Assembly (NCBI RefSeq): GCF_009914755.1
Contig: NC_060926.1
Source of the DNA: the human T2T-CHM13v2.0 reference genome, Homo sapiens
Strand: one strand, 5' to 3'
Length of the DNA stretch: 64,000 bases
Shown: one piece after another, positions 1 through 12,449 of the stretch
Position numbering within the stretch: the stretch's first letter is position 1
How the letters are laid out: each line of letters starts with the position of its first letter
Notes under the pieces: model-generated
What the model saw: only the letters and a program-made list of their open reading frames with translations
Databases searched by the model: none
What the model was told of the DNA's origin: nothing
Position numbers and translations under genes: made by a program

Positions 1-114
1 CAAAGCCCTCCTCCCACCACACCCTACCTCGAAGGCCATGATGGCCAGGCCCAGGGCAGATGGGAGTCAGTGCTCCTGCCCCTAAGCCCTTACTCTCCCC
101 GGCACCCATGTGCC

Positions 115-435
115 TCTCACTTCCAGAAATGCCTTCTCTTTTGTCTCCTTTGTTCTATCCATCTTTTAAGGCCTATTTAAAAGCCCACCTCCTCTAGGAA
201 GCCTGCCCCGATTCTTAGCCCACAGTGGCCTCTCACCTCAGAACTCCCACAGTATTTGCTATTCGGAGCTCTCGAAAGCTCCTGATGCATTGCTGGGTTC
301 CGTACTCTTTCCCCTCTGCTAGTTTGACCTGTGCGTGACTGCAGCTCAAGGCCTGAGCTTCATTTGTTCTTTCCCATGGTACTTGGCATGCCGGGCACAC
401 TGTAAGCGTTCAATAAGTCTTTGCAAATAAACCGA
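115..435 (+). mobile_element. L2 LINE 3' end fragment
   Basis: L2-like 'cacctcctctaggaagcctgccc' and terminal 'ggcacactgtaagcgttcaataag' motifs. Confidence 0.6.
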
Positions 436-1372
436 TGAAGGAAGAAACGAATAAAGCATATTTGAAGAAGCTCTGAGAAGTTATTCCTAATGAAGGAGAC
501 AGCCCCAAACCAGGTCAGGTGAAAGTCAGCCCATCCCAGTCTGGCTTCCAGGAAGACCTTGGACACCCTCTGCCTGGGGGAGGAGCTGCTGGCCTTGGAG
601 GGGCAGGAGAGAGAGAGAGGGAGGCGCAGTGACCAGACTGGATGCGGATGTAGTAGGTGCAGGGGTCACTTGGGGGGGTTGAGGGGAGACCTTGTCCTTG
701 ACCTCCCCTCATTATATTTTTGTTTATTTTTCTGTTTTTGCCCAATTACCTCAGACAATGCCCCATACTGGCTAAGAAATGTGAAAACAGCTGAAGAAGA
801 AATAAAGCAAAAGAGAAAAACAAGGAAAAAAGGGTAAACAAAGAGAGAATTCACCTTTCACTCGCCTGCAAAGTCCTCGGTTGGAGAATGAAGTTAAGAC
901 ACAAAAGCTTAGCAACAACAACATTGTGGGGGAAGGCACGAGAGGGAAGCCGAACAGCCATTAAAGCAATTAAGAAAAGATTAAGGTCGCTGGTGGTGGA
1001 GAGAGAGAGAGACCCATTAATCAATAGGCCAGAAATCGCAGCAGGCTACAAAATTATAAAACTAGGCAAACTGGAGAACCACAGAGGCTCACCTCAACCA
1101 AGATGCCTGAGTAACTCAAAAACAGAAACATTATATTCATTTCTCAAGCTTGGGGAAAAAAAAACAGGTCTTAGAAGAACTCTTTCCTTTTAATCAGCTA
1201 ATGGAGACTTCCTGAGGTGGGGGTGAGATCCATGTTGATTTCAAGGCAAATTCTAAAGCATCAAGGTCTAAAGAAAAATTTGTAATAATGAGTGATAAAC
1301 AATGTTAGTGGGCTGAGGGGATATCATAGCAGAAAGCTGTGCGGTAATCTTAGGCAGGGTCCTAAAATGCCC

Positions 1373-1965
1373 TAGGGTAGGTTACATTATTGTTCACAAA
1401 TATTTGCTGCCCCTGCCTGGGGAAGACATACATCCCAGCCCCACTGACAGCCCGCTTGGCTCTCTGACTTGCTTTGGCCAATGCAGTACGTGTCCCTTCC
1501 AGGCGGAAGCTTTAAGAGCCAGGGGCACATGGTTTGCCATATGCTTTTTGTCCCTTTGCAATAATAGCACAGCAATATTCTAGATCCAACTTGTCCAACC
1601 TGCGGCTGGCTGGCCACCTGTGACCAGCTTTGAATGCAGCCCAACACAAATTCATAAACTTTCTTAACACATTATGAGATTTTTGTGTGTGTGTGATTTT
1701 TTTTTTCTTTTCCCTCATCAGCTCTCGTTAGTGTTAGCATATTTTGTGTGGCCCAAGACAATTCTTCTTCTTCCAATGTGACCCAGGGAAGCCAAAAGAT
1801 TGGACAATGCTGTTCGAGATAGATTCCCCAGACTGAAACTAAATGGGGCAAAGGCTCAGCCGACAGGCAGAGGACCTGTAACCTGAGCAAGAAATAAATT
1901 TTGTTGGCTTAGTACTGAGAAATGGGGGAGGAGTGTTTGTTCCACAACCTATCCTGATTAATACA
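1373..1965 (+). mobile_element. MLT1-family (ERVL-MaLR) solo LTR, interrupted by MER30
   Basis: 'tgacttgctttggccaatg', 'gaagctttaagagcca', 'gagcaagaaataaa' and terminal 'taataca' typical of old MLT1 LTRs. Confidence 0.65.
1586..1812 (-). mobile_element. MER30 (hAT-Charlie non-autonomous DNA transposon)
   Basis: Matches reverse complement of MER30 ('gtggcccaagacaattcttcttcttccaatgtg..cagggaagccaaaagattggaca'); 8-bp TSD ttctagat (1578-1585) / ttcgagat (1813-1820). Confidence 0.85.
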
Positions 1966-2334
1966 TTTCCCTGTGACATGTCACTGCCACACAGAACCTT
2001 CATTGGCTCCCTATTTCTTACAGGATAAATCCTGAACTCTTGGTCTTGATATCAAGCCCTACTCCCTGCACCCATTCATCTTAGATTCTGCATTTCTCTT
2101 TGTGTCTTGATTGACTTGTTTCCTCACTGTGCCCCACACATAACTTTTTGGGCAAGTGTTGGTGAAGTTCTCCTCTGCCAAGAGATCCAAATTGTGCAGG
2201 CCTTTGATCATGCTCTCTCTGACACCTGCTCTGTAAAGCCATTTCTAATCATCTCCATCTCAAAGCTATTTCTAGATCATTCCAGCTTATGATATCTGCC
2301 ATTCAAATAACACTTATTTTTACTTAAAAGACAC

Positions 2335-2526
2335 ATCATGTAGTGCTTACCAAGTGCGAGACATTCTATTCAGAGCTTTATATATTTTAGTACTTTTAAT
2401 TTTCACATAACCTTGTATTCCCATTTTATGGATGAAGAAATAGAGGCCCAAAGTAAACTCATAAAGCTGGGAAGTGCAGACTAAAGATTCAAACCTGGGC
2501 AATTGGACTCTGTGCCCTTAACCTCT
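2335..2526 (-). mobile_element. MIR SINE
   Basis: MIR core 'cccattttatggatgaagaaatagaggc' and 'gattcaaacctgggc'. Confidence 0.7.
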
Positions 2527-2978
2527 CGAGCACATTGCCCACCTGCTTCTGCACTGTCTTACCCATGATCAGCCTTATCTCCCCAACAAGATGGTAGAAC
2601 CCCAGAAGGCCCCTTCTAGACCACTTGTATCTTCCCCAGCATTTAGTCTCATAGCTGGTCTATCAGCTCCAGGCCAGTATTTGTTCTTTGATTTAAAATC
2701 TAATGAATCAGTTGACTTCATGCATTCCCTTGACTCCAGGTAAAATAGAGGCAAAGCCATCCATTATAGGGGAGGCTTCCTGAAATCTAGCTCAAGTCTC
2801 TACTGCTGCAACATTGACTTGTTTTTGTTTGTTTGTTTTAGGCTTTCATGAAGATGGATAGCAGATTAATAGATCTTTCTTATGACAACTATCACATCCA
2901 AAAACTATTATTTTATTAATTCCTTTTGAACTCTGCCTTGTTCCAAAAAGGATATAGGGTGGCTAATAAGAAACCACA

Positions 2979-3290
2979 GGCCGGGCGTGGTGGCTCGTGC
3001 CTGTAATCCCAGCAGTTTGGGAGGCTGAGGCGGGTGGATCACCTGAGGTCAGGGGTTTGAGACCAGCCTGGCCAACATGGTAAAACCCCCATCTCTACTA
3101 AAAATGCAAAAGTTAGCCAGGTGTGGGGGTACTTGCCTGTAATCCCAGCTACTTGGAAGGCTGAGGCAGGAGAATTGCTTGAACTTGGGAGGTGGAGAGG
3201 TGGAGGTTGCAGTGAGCCAAGATTGTGCCATTGCACTCCAGCCTGGGCAACAAGAGTGGCACTCTGTCTCGAAAAAAAAAAAAGAAAAAA
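2979..3290 (+). mobile_element. Alu (AluSq/Sp-like), full length
   Basis: Two-arm Alu with A tail; 'ccattgcactccagcctgggcaacaagag'; TSD aagaaaccaca 2968-2978 / 3291-3301. Confidence 0.95.
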
Positions 3291-3781
3291 AAGAAACCAC
3301 AAAATACAACAGAGAATACATATAAAGAGTGGGAAAGAAACAAAACAAAACACATTGTTACATTATTAATAAAAAGCAATTGCAAAATAATGCATACTGT
3401 GATCATGTATACAACTCATAGAAAAAATCTAACCACAGATTTCTATAAGCACATATAAATATTTGTTATTTTAAAAAGAAATATTAGAAGCAAACTCAAT
3501 AGTGGTTGCTGCTGGGGTGGTAGGGGTGTGGTGGAACAGTTTTAGAGGGAGACAGATGGCGTTCAACTTCATGTAATGTTTTATGGGTTTGAAGCAAATA
3601 AAATAGTAACAGTTGTCCATTTTGTATGGCAGGGATCAAGTATAGTATTATTTTGTATATTGGAATTTGAAAAGTTTCTCCAGTTTGAAAAAAAAAAGGG
3701 AAAGAAATACAAAAAGATTTGAACAAATATCTCAAGGCTGTGTTTCTTTGCTCTAGGGAGCCACTCATTTTTCTCTAAGCT

Positions 3782-4089
3782 GTTTTTTTGTTTGTTTTGC
3801 TTTTTTGAGACAGAGTCTCACTCTGTCGCCCAGGCTGGAGTGCCATGGTGCAATGTCACCTCACTTCAATCTCCATCTCCTGGGCTCAAGCTATCCTCCT
3901 GCCTCGGCCTCCTGAGTACCTGGAACTACAGTCACACGCCATCATGCCTGGCTAATTTTTTGTATTTTTGGTAGAGACAGGGTTTTGCCATGCTGCCCAG
4001 GCTAGTCTTGAACTCCTGGGCTCAAGTGATCTGCCCGCTTCAGCCTCCCAAAGTGCTAGGATTACAGGCATGAGCCACTGTGCCTGGCC
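3782..4089 (-). mobile_element. Alu (AluJ-like), full length
   Basis: Reverse Alu with 'ctcctgggctcaag' in both arms; TSD tctctaagct 3772-3781 / 4093-4102. Confidence 0.93.
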
Positions 4090-5254
4090 CTGTCTCTAAG
4101 CTTTCTAACAGCCAATATAAAGGAAGGAACCAGGTCAGTTGTATAATTCCCAAGGTCTGGTCATGAGTGTCTTCAGTGTGGAAACAGATCCAGGCTTTGG
4201 GAACCCAGCTACCCTAGTACTAAGAACCCTAGAAGCAGTGGCAGCTCTAGAATGTCCACACAGGAGGGTGTATAAGCCAACCACTGGGCGTTCAGGAGTA
4301 TGTGTGCATGGAGGACGGGGCTGTTTGTTAGGAATCTGCATTTGTATATCTCTTCACCTAAACTTGTTTGTAAGAAAGGCTCAGGTGGGGACCACCTTTG
4401 GTTCTGCTGCTGTGTGATGTCATGAACAGCCTCCCCTTGACAGCCTTGCCACCGACCAGTGACCAGTTTATTTGAATGGTATCCGGCAAGGTTCAATCCC
4501 TAAAGCCCGACTCCTGTAGGGCAGACCCCCAGCTCTCTGCTGAGCTAGCCTGGCCCAGGGGTGGACTTTTGAACCCCTGAAAGAGTAAAGAGGACATGCA
4601 TCCTTAAAGCAAGTACAAACAGTATATCCCTCCTTTTGGCTGAGCTTGCCACAAAGGCAGAGGAGTGGTAAGCTGAAGGGTGTGCTGCCTGGCAGGCACC
4701 TGGGAGGTCACCAATATCTTCTTCCCCTTGTAAGATAAGACAGTCAAGTTGGGAGCAGGCATGGCTGCACCCTTGTGGAAGCTCAGGAGATTGGGGGCTT
4801 GCCTCTCTAGACTGCCATCCCACCCCCTCTCAAGAGGAGCCCAGGGGGTCTCACGGCTCCACCAGGTTTGTCTTTGGGAAGCGTGTGGAGTTGGCTCTAT
4901 CGCACAAATATACGGTGATGGAGGCATCTGGGGTCTACTCCAAGACAGTCTAGCCTGAAAAATGTTTAACGCAGACGTAACCAGATATCCACCCCCACCC
5001 CCACCAATTCTGCCAAAAAAGAATTTGAGAATGTTTGCCCAGACGCCCCACTCTTCCTGGTGTGTCCCCTGGGTGCACTGCTTGGGAAATGAACTCCACT
5101 GTGACAGCATGAGGTGTGAAGCTGACGTTTGACAATCGGTTTATGTGGCTTTCAGAAGAGTTGCTCTATTTCCTTGCCCTGTGGCAATAATTAACAAAGA
5201 GAACCAACTGCCTATTGAGGCCTCGCCCAGAGCACTTATTCTCTAAACAGCTGC

Positions 5255-5445
5255 TCTGCAGAGCGAGGGTTCTGGAGCCAGAATCCAGCCCCACCCCTTC
5301 CTAGGTGGCAAATTACTTCAACTTGCTGAGTTTCAGCATCCTTATCTCTAAAGGGGAGATAATCATGTACCTGCTTCCCTAGGTTGTTGTGGGAAGTGCG
5401 TGAGTGGGCTTGCGCTAATCATAAACATTTACTATTATTATTATT
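5255..5445 (+). mobile_element. MIR SINE
   Basis: 'ctggagccaga', 'cttatctctaaaggggagataat', 'ggttgttgtg' MIR motifs. Confidence 0.6.
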
Positions 5446-6239
5446 TATGTGGGTGGTAGCATTTCTACCATCGAGTCCTTCCTTCTACCTTCTGCCCTCC
5501 AGACAAATCTCAATCCCTCTGTGACTCGACCCTCCAGGCCTTGAAATGCTTTCCTTGATTTGATACTGGCAGCAAGTCATTCCACCTCTTCATGGCAACA
5601 CCAGCTCAGACAAACCATGCTTCAGTCTGGGCCTTAAGACAGTTTCCTGGGTCAGATGGTTTCCGGGGTTCTGGGGTTTGTGTCATTGAGCGGAGGTGGA
5701 GTGGGGGTTGGCAGCGCCAGGCCCCTCACCCCAGTGGCGGCTTTCTGAGAAGGGCATCCCCTTTTCCCTCACTCCTTCTCTCCCACTCTCCCCACCATCT
5801 CCAAGGGAGAGTGAAAATTGGGATTCAGTTAATCCTGAAGAAAACTTCCCTCAACTCTTTCTTTGGAAAAAGGGTCTGTGAGCTGAGAAGTCCTGGTTGC
5901 TGGATTGGCCAAGTTGTGTGGAATGAAACAAGTAATTTCTGAGGTGATAAGAGAGACTCACAGGCCTCTACAAAGAAGAAATAGGAAAGGCCTGCTGGAT
6001 ATTGTGGGGAGGATGCCCAGGGACCCTCGCTAAGCTCCCTTCTGCACACAGCTGGTCTGCCTGCATTAGCATGCCAGTGCTGAGGGCCGCTGGGAGCCAC
6101 ACTTTATGGATTATCTGGAGCTAAGAGTAATCCCAAAATTCACAAACACAGGCCCCAGGAATAACAGAGAGATGAAAATTGAGTGGGTAGGGTGAAGGGG
6201 CACTGACTCCTGGCAAGCAAATAATATTATGTTCCCATG

Positions 6240-6775
6240 AAAATATTCTCAAACTTTTAGGTTTCAGAACACGTTTTCACTCTTAAAAATTATTGAGAAC
6301 TCAATAAAATAAAATAAAGAACTTTGTTTTTATGGGCTATATCTGTTGATATTTACTGCATTAGAAAGTAAAACTAAGAATATTTAAAATGTGTATTTAT
6401 TTACACCAAGAATAGCCAAATAAGCCCATTACGTGTTAGTACAAATAGCATGTATTTATGAAAAATGACTATATTTTCCACAGCAAAAAAAAAAAAAAAG
6501 AAAAAATCAATGAGAAGAGTGGCATTGTTTTGCACTTTTGCAAATCTCTTCAGTGTCTGGCTTAATAGAAGACAGCTGGATTCTTCTACCTGCTTCTGTA
6601 GTCGGTCTTTCGTCATATTGCACATTGCGTAGCTTCTGGAAAACACCAGTGTATACTCCTGAGAGAATGAAAGTGAAAAAAGCAAATAATATCTTAGTAT
6701 TACTATGAAAATAATTTTGATCTCAGGCCCCCACCCCCACCCAGGGGTCTCCAAACCACACTTTGGGAACTGCTG
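6240..6775 (-). mobile_element. hAT-Charlie DNA transposon (MER119/Charlie1-like)
   Basis: 'gagaagagtggcattgttttgcacttttgcaaatctcttcagtgtctggcttaatagaagacagctggattc'; TIR-like ends 'ttctcaaac' / 'cacactttgggaactgctg'. Confidence 0.7.
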
Positions 6776-7402
6776 TTCTAGTGAACTCTGGAAATAACTC
6801 TTCCACCCTTCTAAGATTCCAAAAGTTTCTTCTCACTTTGTAGCTTCCTTCCGTTTTATTCTTTCTCTAACCCTGGTCTGCATCCTAGCCCGCTGGGCCA
6901 TTGGAGAATCTCAGACAGGGAGGCTAAAGGCTGAGAATCAGGAGATTTGAACCACTGTCCAGGTGCCAGCTCCGTGTAGCCTGAGAAGTACCAGTGGTGG
7001 CTGGGATTCTGTAGCACCTCCAGTGAAGCACAGAGATGGCCTTGTTGGGACCCTCCCCGTATACTATGATGGGAGAAGACTCAGGACAGCACCAGACTGG
7101 AAGATGTGTGTTTTGCCTGAGTTCCTGGGCCAATCGGTAGCAGGACCAATATGAAAACTGACATTGGCTGGTCCTAGCACCTTATCTGCCAACCCGCATT
7201 ACTCAGTTTCCCCACGTATAAAATGGAGATGATTGTGCTGTCCATTCCTAGAATTTGATTTTGCCCTTTTTTTGCCTGGGTCGTTGATCATCTGTTTCAA
7301 TACCATTATTTTATAGATACTGAAATTGAGACCAGAGATCAAGTGACCCATCTAAACTCACATGGCCAGTACTCAAGCTCCTGGTTTCTGCACTAAGGCC
7401 AA

Positions 7403-7713
7403 TTTTTTTTTTTTTTTTTTTTTTTTTTAGATGGAGTCTTGCTTTTTCGCCCAGGCTGGAGTGCAGTAGTGGCACAAGCTTGGCTCACCGCAACCTCCGC
7501 CTCCTGTGTTTAAGCGATTCTCCTGCCTCAGCCTCCTGAGTAGCTGGGATTACAGATGTGTGCCACCACACCCAGCTAGTTTTTTGTATTTTTAGTAGAG
7601 ACAGGGTTTCACCATGTTGGCCAGGCTGGTCTTGAACTCCTGACCTCAAAGGATCCGTCGGCCCCAGCCTCCCAAAGTGCTAGGATTACAGGCGTGAACC
7701 AATGTGCCTGACC
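7403..7713 (-). mobile_element. Alu (AluSx-like), full length
   Basis: Reverse Alu with long T tract; TSD taaggcca 7394-7401 / 7715-7722. Confidence 0.95.
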
Positions 7714-7739
7714 TTAAGGCCAGTATTTTTTTCACTGCC

Positions 7740-8017
7740 TGGCTCATGCCTGTAATCTCAGCACTTTGGGTGGCCGAGGTGGGCAGGTCGCTTGAGCTCA
7801 GCAGTTGGAGACAAGCCTGGGCAACATAGTGAAACCCTATGTCTACAAAATATACAAAAATTAGCTGGGCATGGTGGCACATGTCTGTGGTCAGAAGGCT
7901 GAGGTGGGAGGATCGCTTGGGTCTGGGAGGCAGAGGTTGCAGTGAGCGGAGATCACATCACTGCACTTCAGCCTGGGTGACCAAGTGAGATTCTGTCTCA
8001 AAGAAAAAAAAAAAAAG
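7740..8017 (+). mobile_element. Alu (AluJ-like), slightly 5'-truncated with small internal deletion
   Basis: Two arms and A tail; lacks 'cccagctactc' segment near 7890. Confidence 0.9.
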
Positions 8018-9469
8018 GGAAGAAAGAAAAGGAGGAATGGAGGGAGGGAGGGAATATAAAATGAGACAGTTGGACAAGAATAATCTTCAAGTCCTTTCCA
8101 GCTCTGGAGTTTAGCAAATCTCATTTAACTTGTGCTGAATGCTGGCCCAGTTTTCTGGAAAAGTTCTTGGTCATCGTGTCCTAAGTGAAGTGTTTGCTGC
8201 ATGTTCTGTAGACAAAGCAGCTTCCCTCTGCGGATTTTTCACTGCATGATCCTAACAGAAGAACAGAGACCCCACAGATACTGCTAACAGTTACAGCACT
8301 TTCCGAAGATATGGCTGGGGGAAGCTTGAAAACTTCTCTGTAATGAAAAAAGAGCTAGAAAACGAGATACTTCCTTACCCCGGTGAGACCGTATGCCTCT
8401 CCACCACTGTTGTTTCTCTTTGTGCTGCTTCATACCTGCATCCGCGAGAGTCAGGCAAGACCCCAGGAGTGGAGAAGGCTCCATAACGGCCCCTTCACAT
8501 CTCCTGGTACAAGGTACAGGAGCACCTATGATCAAATGAGTAGTCAGTGGTACATAAAGGAGCAAAATAATACATTATATCCAAGAATAATCGGATCAAG
8601 CAAGTGGAGGGGGGAGATTAATGAATTAGGAACCAAATGAGAGTGGATGGAGAGCCTCAGAAGGCTGGAATGAGGCTGATTGAAAATCCATTTCCCATAA
8701 ACCAACTGCCTTCTCTGCAGAGGCTCAAGGCTGTGTGGACAATAATATGTAGATTGGCGGGAAAGCTATCCTCCTTGCAAGCTGGAGAGAGACAGTGTTT
8801 TTTTGTGGCACTAGATAAGAAAGAGCGGCATGAAGAGAGAAACAGATCAACGGAACAGTAGGGGCCATTTGCTTTTCCACATCGTTCCGTCTGCTCTAGG
8901 TTCTGGGGTCTCTGATTAGCTCTGTGTCTTGCTGGGTGATTTAACAGATTTTTTTTTCTGACTTACTGACAAGGAAGCTCCAAACTTCCAATAAACCTGC
9001 CATGGAAGCCAGCTGGGACCCAAGGAGAGAGCCACAAGGGTGTTTTAAAAGCACCTGGCTCTCTGGGGAAGCTGCTGAGATGTAGGTGTTAGTAATTCTC
9101 TCTCCGACTGCTTCTTGCTGCAGGCTGGCCAGCCTTGGCTTACCCCAGAGGGCGACAGGGACTTTGGCCAGAAGAGTCAGGGAAGGAGACAGGGGTGCAA
9201 ACTGGGTGAGACCAACCTTGATCACTGTAGGATCCCAAGCCCTCAGAGTGGGGCCAGGCCTCTGGGGTAGGCCCTCGGTCATGGGCCCAAGTTGCAGGAG
9301 GACTCACTTGTTATAGGACGCATCTGATTCTTCTGCAAGGGAGATTCGTGTCCAGAGGAGAGCCATAACTTGCTAGGGCTGGAGTCGATTCCCCGTCCAC
9401 ACCCACCTCCTCTTATATGTGTGTGATTCTTCAGCCACTGTTACATGGAAGCAGAGATGAAACATTGCC

Positions 9470-10040
9470 TCTGGTATGAGAATACAGGCCTTCTTACACT
9501 GATGCAAAAGTATGAATTGGTAAACTCTGGTGGGGGTTAATTTGGCAATACATGACAAAAGCCTTAAACAGGCAATGCTTTCCCCCAACAACTGCATTTC
9601 CAAAAATATATTCACAGGAAATAATCAAACAGCATTTGAAAGTGAATGTACAAGGGTGCTTTTGTATTGTTGATTATCACAGCATCAGAACACTGGGAAA
9701 GCTCTCGACATCCACCAATAGCGTTGGTTAGTAACTGAGGGTATAACCATGCCTTGGAGTAGTAGATAACCATTCAGAATGATGCTGTGGTGCCATATGT
9801 GTTAACACGGACGCATATTTACAGCATGTTGGATTTTAAACGGCCAATTACAAAACAGCATTGCATGATGTCATTCCTCTTGTTTTAAACAAATAAATAT
9901 CACACATATGCATGAAAACAGTCTGAAGGATACATATGACATGTTGACCGTGGCCATTCAACATGCTAGGGTTTCAGATGGTTGTTTTTCTTTTTGCATG
10001 CCCATTCTATATAATAAGGATATATTTACTTGTGCAGTGT
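9470..10040 (+). mobile_element. old L1 (L1ME-like) 3' end
   Basis: L1 3' motifs 'aatttggcaata', 'aggaaataatc', 'catccaccaatag', A-rich sense strand. Confidence 0.55.
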
Positions 10041-10799
10041 TTAAAGGGTAAGGTGGGGAAAACCTGGGTCTATTGCTGGTCAGCTCCTAGCTCTGCTGTT
10101 CCTCATTGTTGAGCACAGGAAGGCAAGGCTTAATCCACCTTCCCGAAAGACCACCAGGAGACACAGTCTCATTACACAGTGCAGGCAGCTCTGGTAGAGG
10201 GACCAACCCAATTCCAGAAAATCCTCAGGGGCTCAGAACCATCCTCCCCTTTCCTCTAGAGATGGAAAAAGTCCACCAGGGCAGGGACCCTGAATCACTT
10301 GTCCCCCTGCCTTCAGAGGAAGCCCGGAAGCCCTCCCAGGCTCTCACCATGCTGCCCAGGTCATGGGTAGGGGAAATGTGGGAACAGCAGGAGGGAAATA
10401 GAGAATAAATGGCGTAAACTAAATTTGTCTGATGTTCCAGCAGAGAAAATCTTGTGATGAAGCCGACAAGCATTAAAAAAAAATTTTTGCATACAACAAC
10501 AAAACATTTTGATCCCAGTGCCTGTTAACCTTTTCTTTCATCCACCAAGGAAAAACCAAGACAGAAGTCTTTAAGGCATCTCACCTTTTCACTTGTGATA
10601 ATTTAGGGGACGTGCAGGATAAAATCATTGGTGAACAAATGTATAGTTCCTTTCCACATATATTGCATCTTTAGATTCTAAGCCTCCCAAGCATATTAGA
10701 GTAAATGCCTCCTTTCTGAGGTTCTGATGGACTAAAGAGCAGCCCAAGGACTAGTGACCAATTGTGAAACAAAGTGTGGCTTTAAGAGTCACTGGCCTG

Positions 10800-11068
10800 G
10801 GCTGGGTGCGGTGGCTCATGCCTGTAGTCTCAGAACTTTGGGAGGCCGAGGCGGGAAGATCACGACGTCAGGAGTTCGAGATGAGCCTGGCCAACATGGT
10901 GAAACCCCATCTCTACAAAAAATACAAAAGTTAGCCAGGCATGGTGGCCTGTGCAGAAGGATCACTTGAACCCAGGAGGTGGAGGTTGCAGTGAGCCAAG
11001 ATTGTCAGCCTGGGCAACAGAGCGAGACTCCATCTCAAAAAAATAAAAAATAAAAAAATAAAAAATAA
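10800..11068 (+). mobile_element. Alu (AluSg-like) with two right-arm deletions
   Basis: 'gatcacgacgtcaggagttcgag'; right arm lacks 'aatcccagctactcgggaggctgag' and 'gccactgcactc'; (TAAAAA)n tail. Confidence 0.9.
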
Positions 11069-11910
11069 GAGAAGAAGAGACTCTGGGCCAATACTGGCTT
11101 CCCCCAAAACAGGGCTCTGATAAAAGCAGGGCTGGAGAACACGGCCTTAGACTTCCCATCAAAGTGTCAGCTGCTACTCCTTTTCCCCAAATCTCTGCCT
11201 ATTCTTTCCGCAGAACCCAAGGATATGGTGCTAGGAAAGGCCAATTTGAAGCACATTTGCTAGAGAAAAAAAGAGCAAGCCAAGACAGTAAACCTGTCTA
11301 TGCCTCCAAAGTGGAGCAGATAAGCCAGCTGGGCTACCCAAACCCCATGGTCAGGCAGAGGCAAGGCAGGGAGTGAAAGAGGAAGGAGCAAAGTGGTCAT
11401 GAATCTCTCATGTAGAGGGACAGTTCATCTCTGGCAGTCTTTCCTCCCCCTGTAGGGAGAGAGCCCGGACATGGGAGCATGAATGGTTTCCCAACACTCA
11501 CCCCAGTGGGGAAGAGGGCTGAGAGAAGTTCTGTCCCCCATACAGACAGAGGCAGAAACAATGGGAGGAGAGGGACAAGTTTCCTCGCTCAACAGCAATG
11601 CCACAGCTGATGGAAAGAAAAGGACTGAAGGTCAGCCTTGAGACACCCTCATTCATCCCACCTTGTGTCCAGACCAGCCCTAATCTCTGCTTTTCTGATT
11701 GACCTGCCTTGACTTGGAGAGAACTTCCCAACGTCTTCTTCCTGCCTGTAGATCTGCTCAGCCTTGTCTCTCCATCTCCCTAGTTGACCTGTCTGTGCAG
11801 CAGGGACTCTGTAGCCACTCCCTGGGAAACCCTCAACTTGCTCAAAGAGACAATCGTCCTTGGTTGCCAGTCTTGTCACACTTCCTGAAGTGCTGATGAA
11901 AGACAGTGAG

Positions 11911-12034
11911 GGCCTAGGCGTGGTGGCTCACGCTTGTAATCCCAGCACTTTGGGAGACCAAGGCAGGCGGGCAACTTGAGACCAGGAGCTCACGACCAGC
12001 CTGGCGAACATGGCAAAACCTCGTCAATAATAAC

Positions 12035-12068
<34 letters not shown>

Positions 12069-12233
12069 TTAGTTAGGCTTGCTGGCACGTGCCTGTAATC
12101 CCAGCTACTCAGGAGGCTGAGGCACAAGAATTGCTTGAACCTAGGAGGCAGAGGTTGCAGTGAGCCAAGATCACATCACTGCACTCTAGCCTGGGCAACA
12201 GAGCCAAACTCCATCTCAAAAAAAAAAAAAAAA
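11911..12233 (+). mobile_element. Alu (old S/J) with (AAT)n expansion in the central linker
   Basis: Two arms, A tail; linker 12026-12067 is (AAT)n. Confidence 0.92.
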
Positions 12234-12449
12234 GAGAGAGAGAAAGAGAAGATCAGACAGGAGAGGAGAGGAGGGGTTGGGCCAGAGGGATGAAATTTTG
12301 TTCCCAGGACACAGAACTAATCCCAAAATCAAGTTTCATAAATGACCTGCCCACTCTCTCCTTTAGACAATAAGCAATATAGATGATTTAATAAGGATCC
12401 CTAATAACCAACCAGAGGACTCCCTCCTATTTCAGAAAATGGCCTTAGT

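Noticed and set aside
3039-3406. Overlapping ORFs such as '[18 protein letters not shown]' (also at 29665, 34640, 35968, 52768)
   Set aside because: Standard translations of antisense Alu sequence
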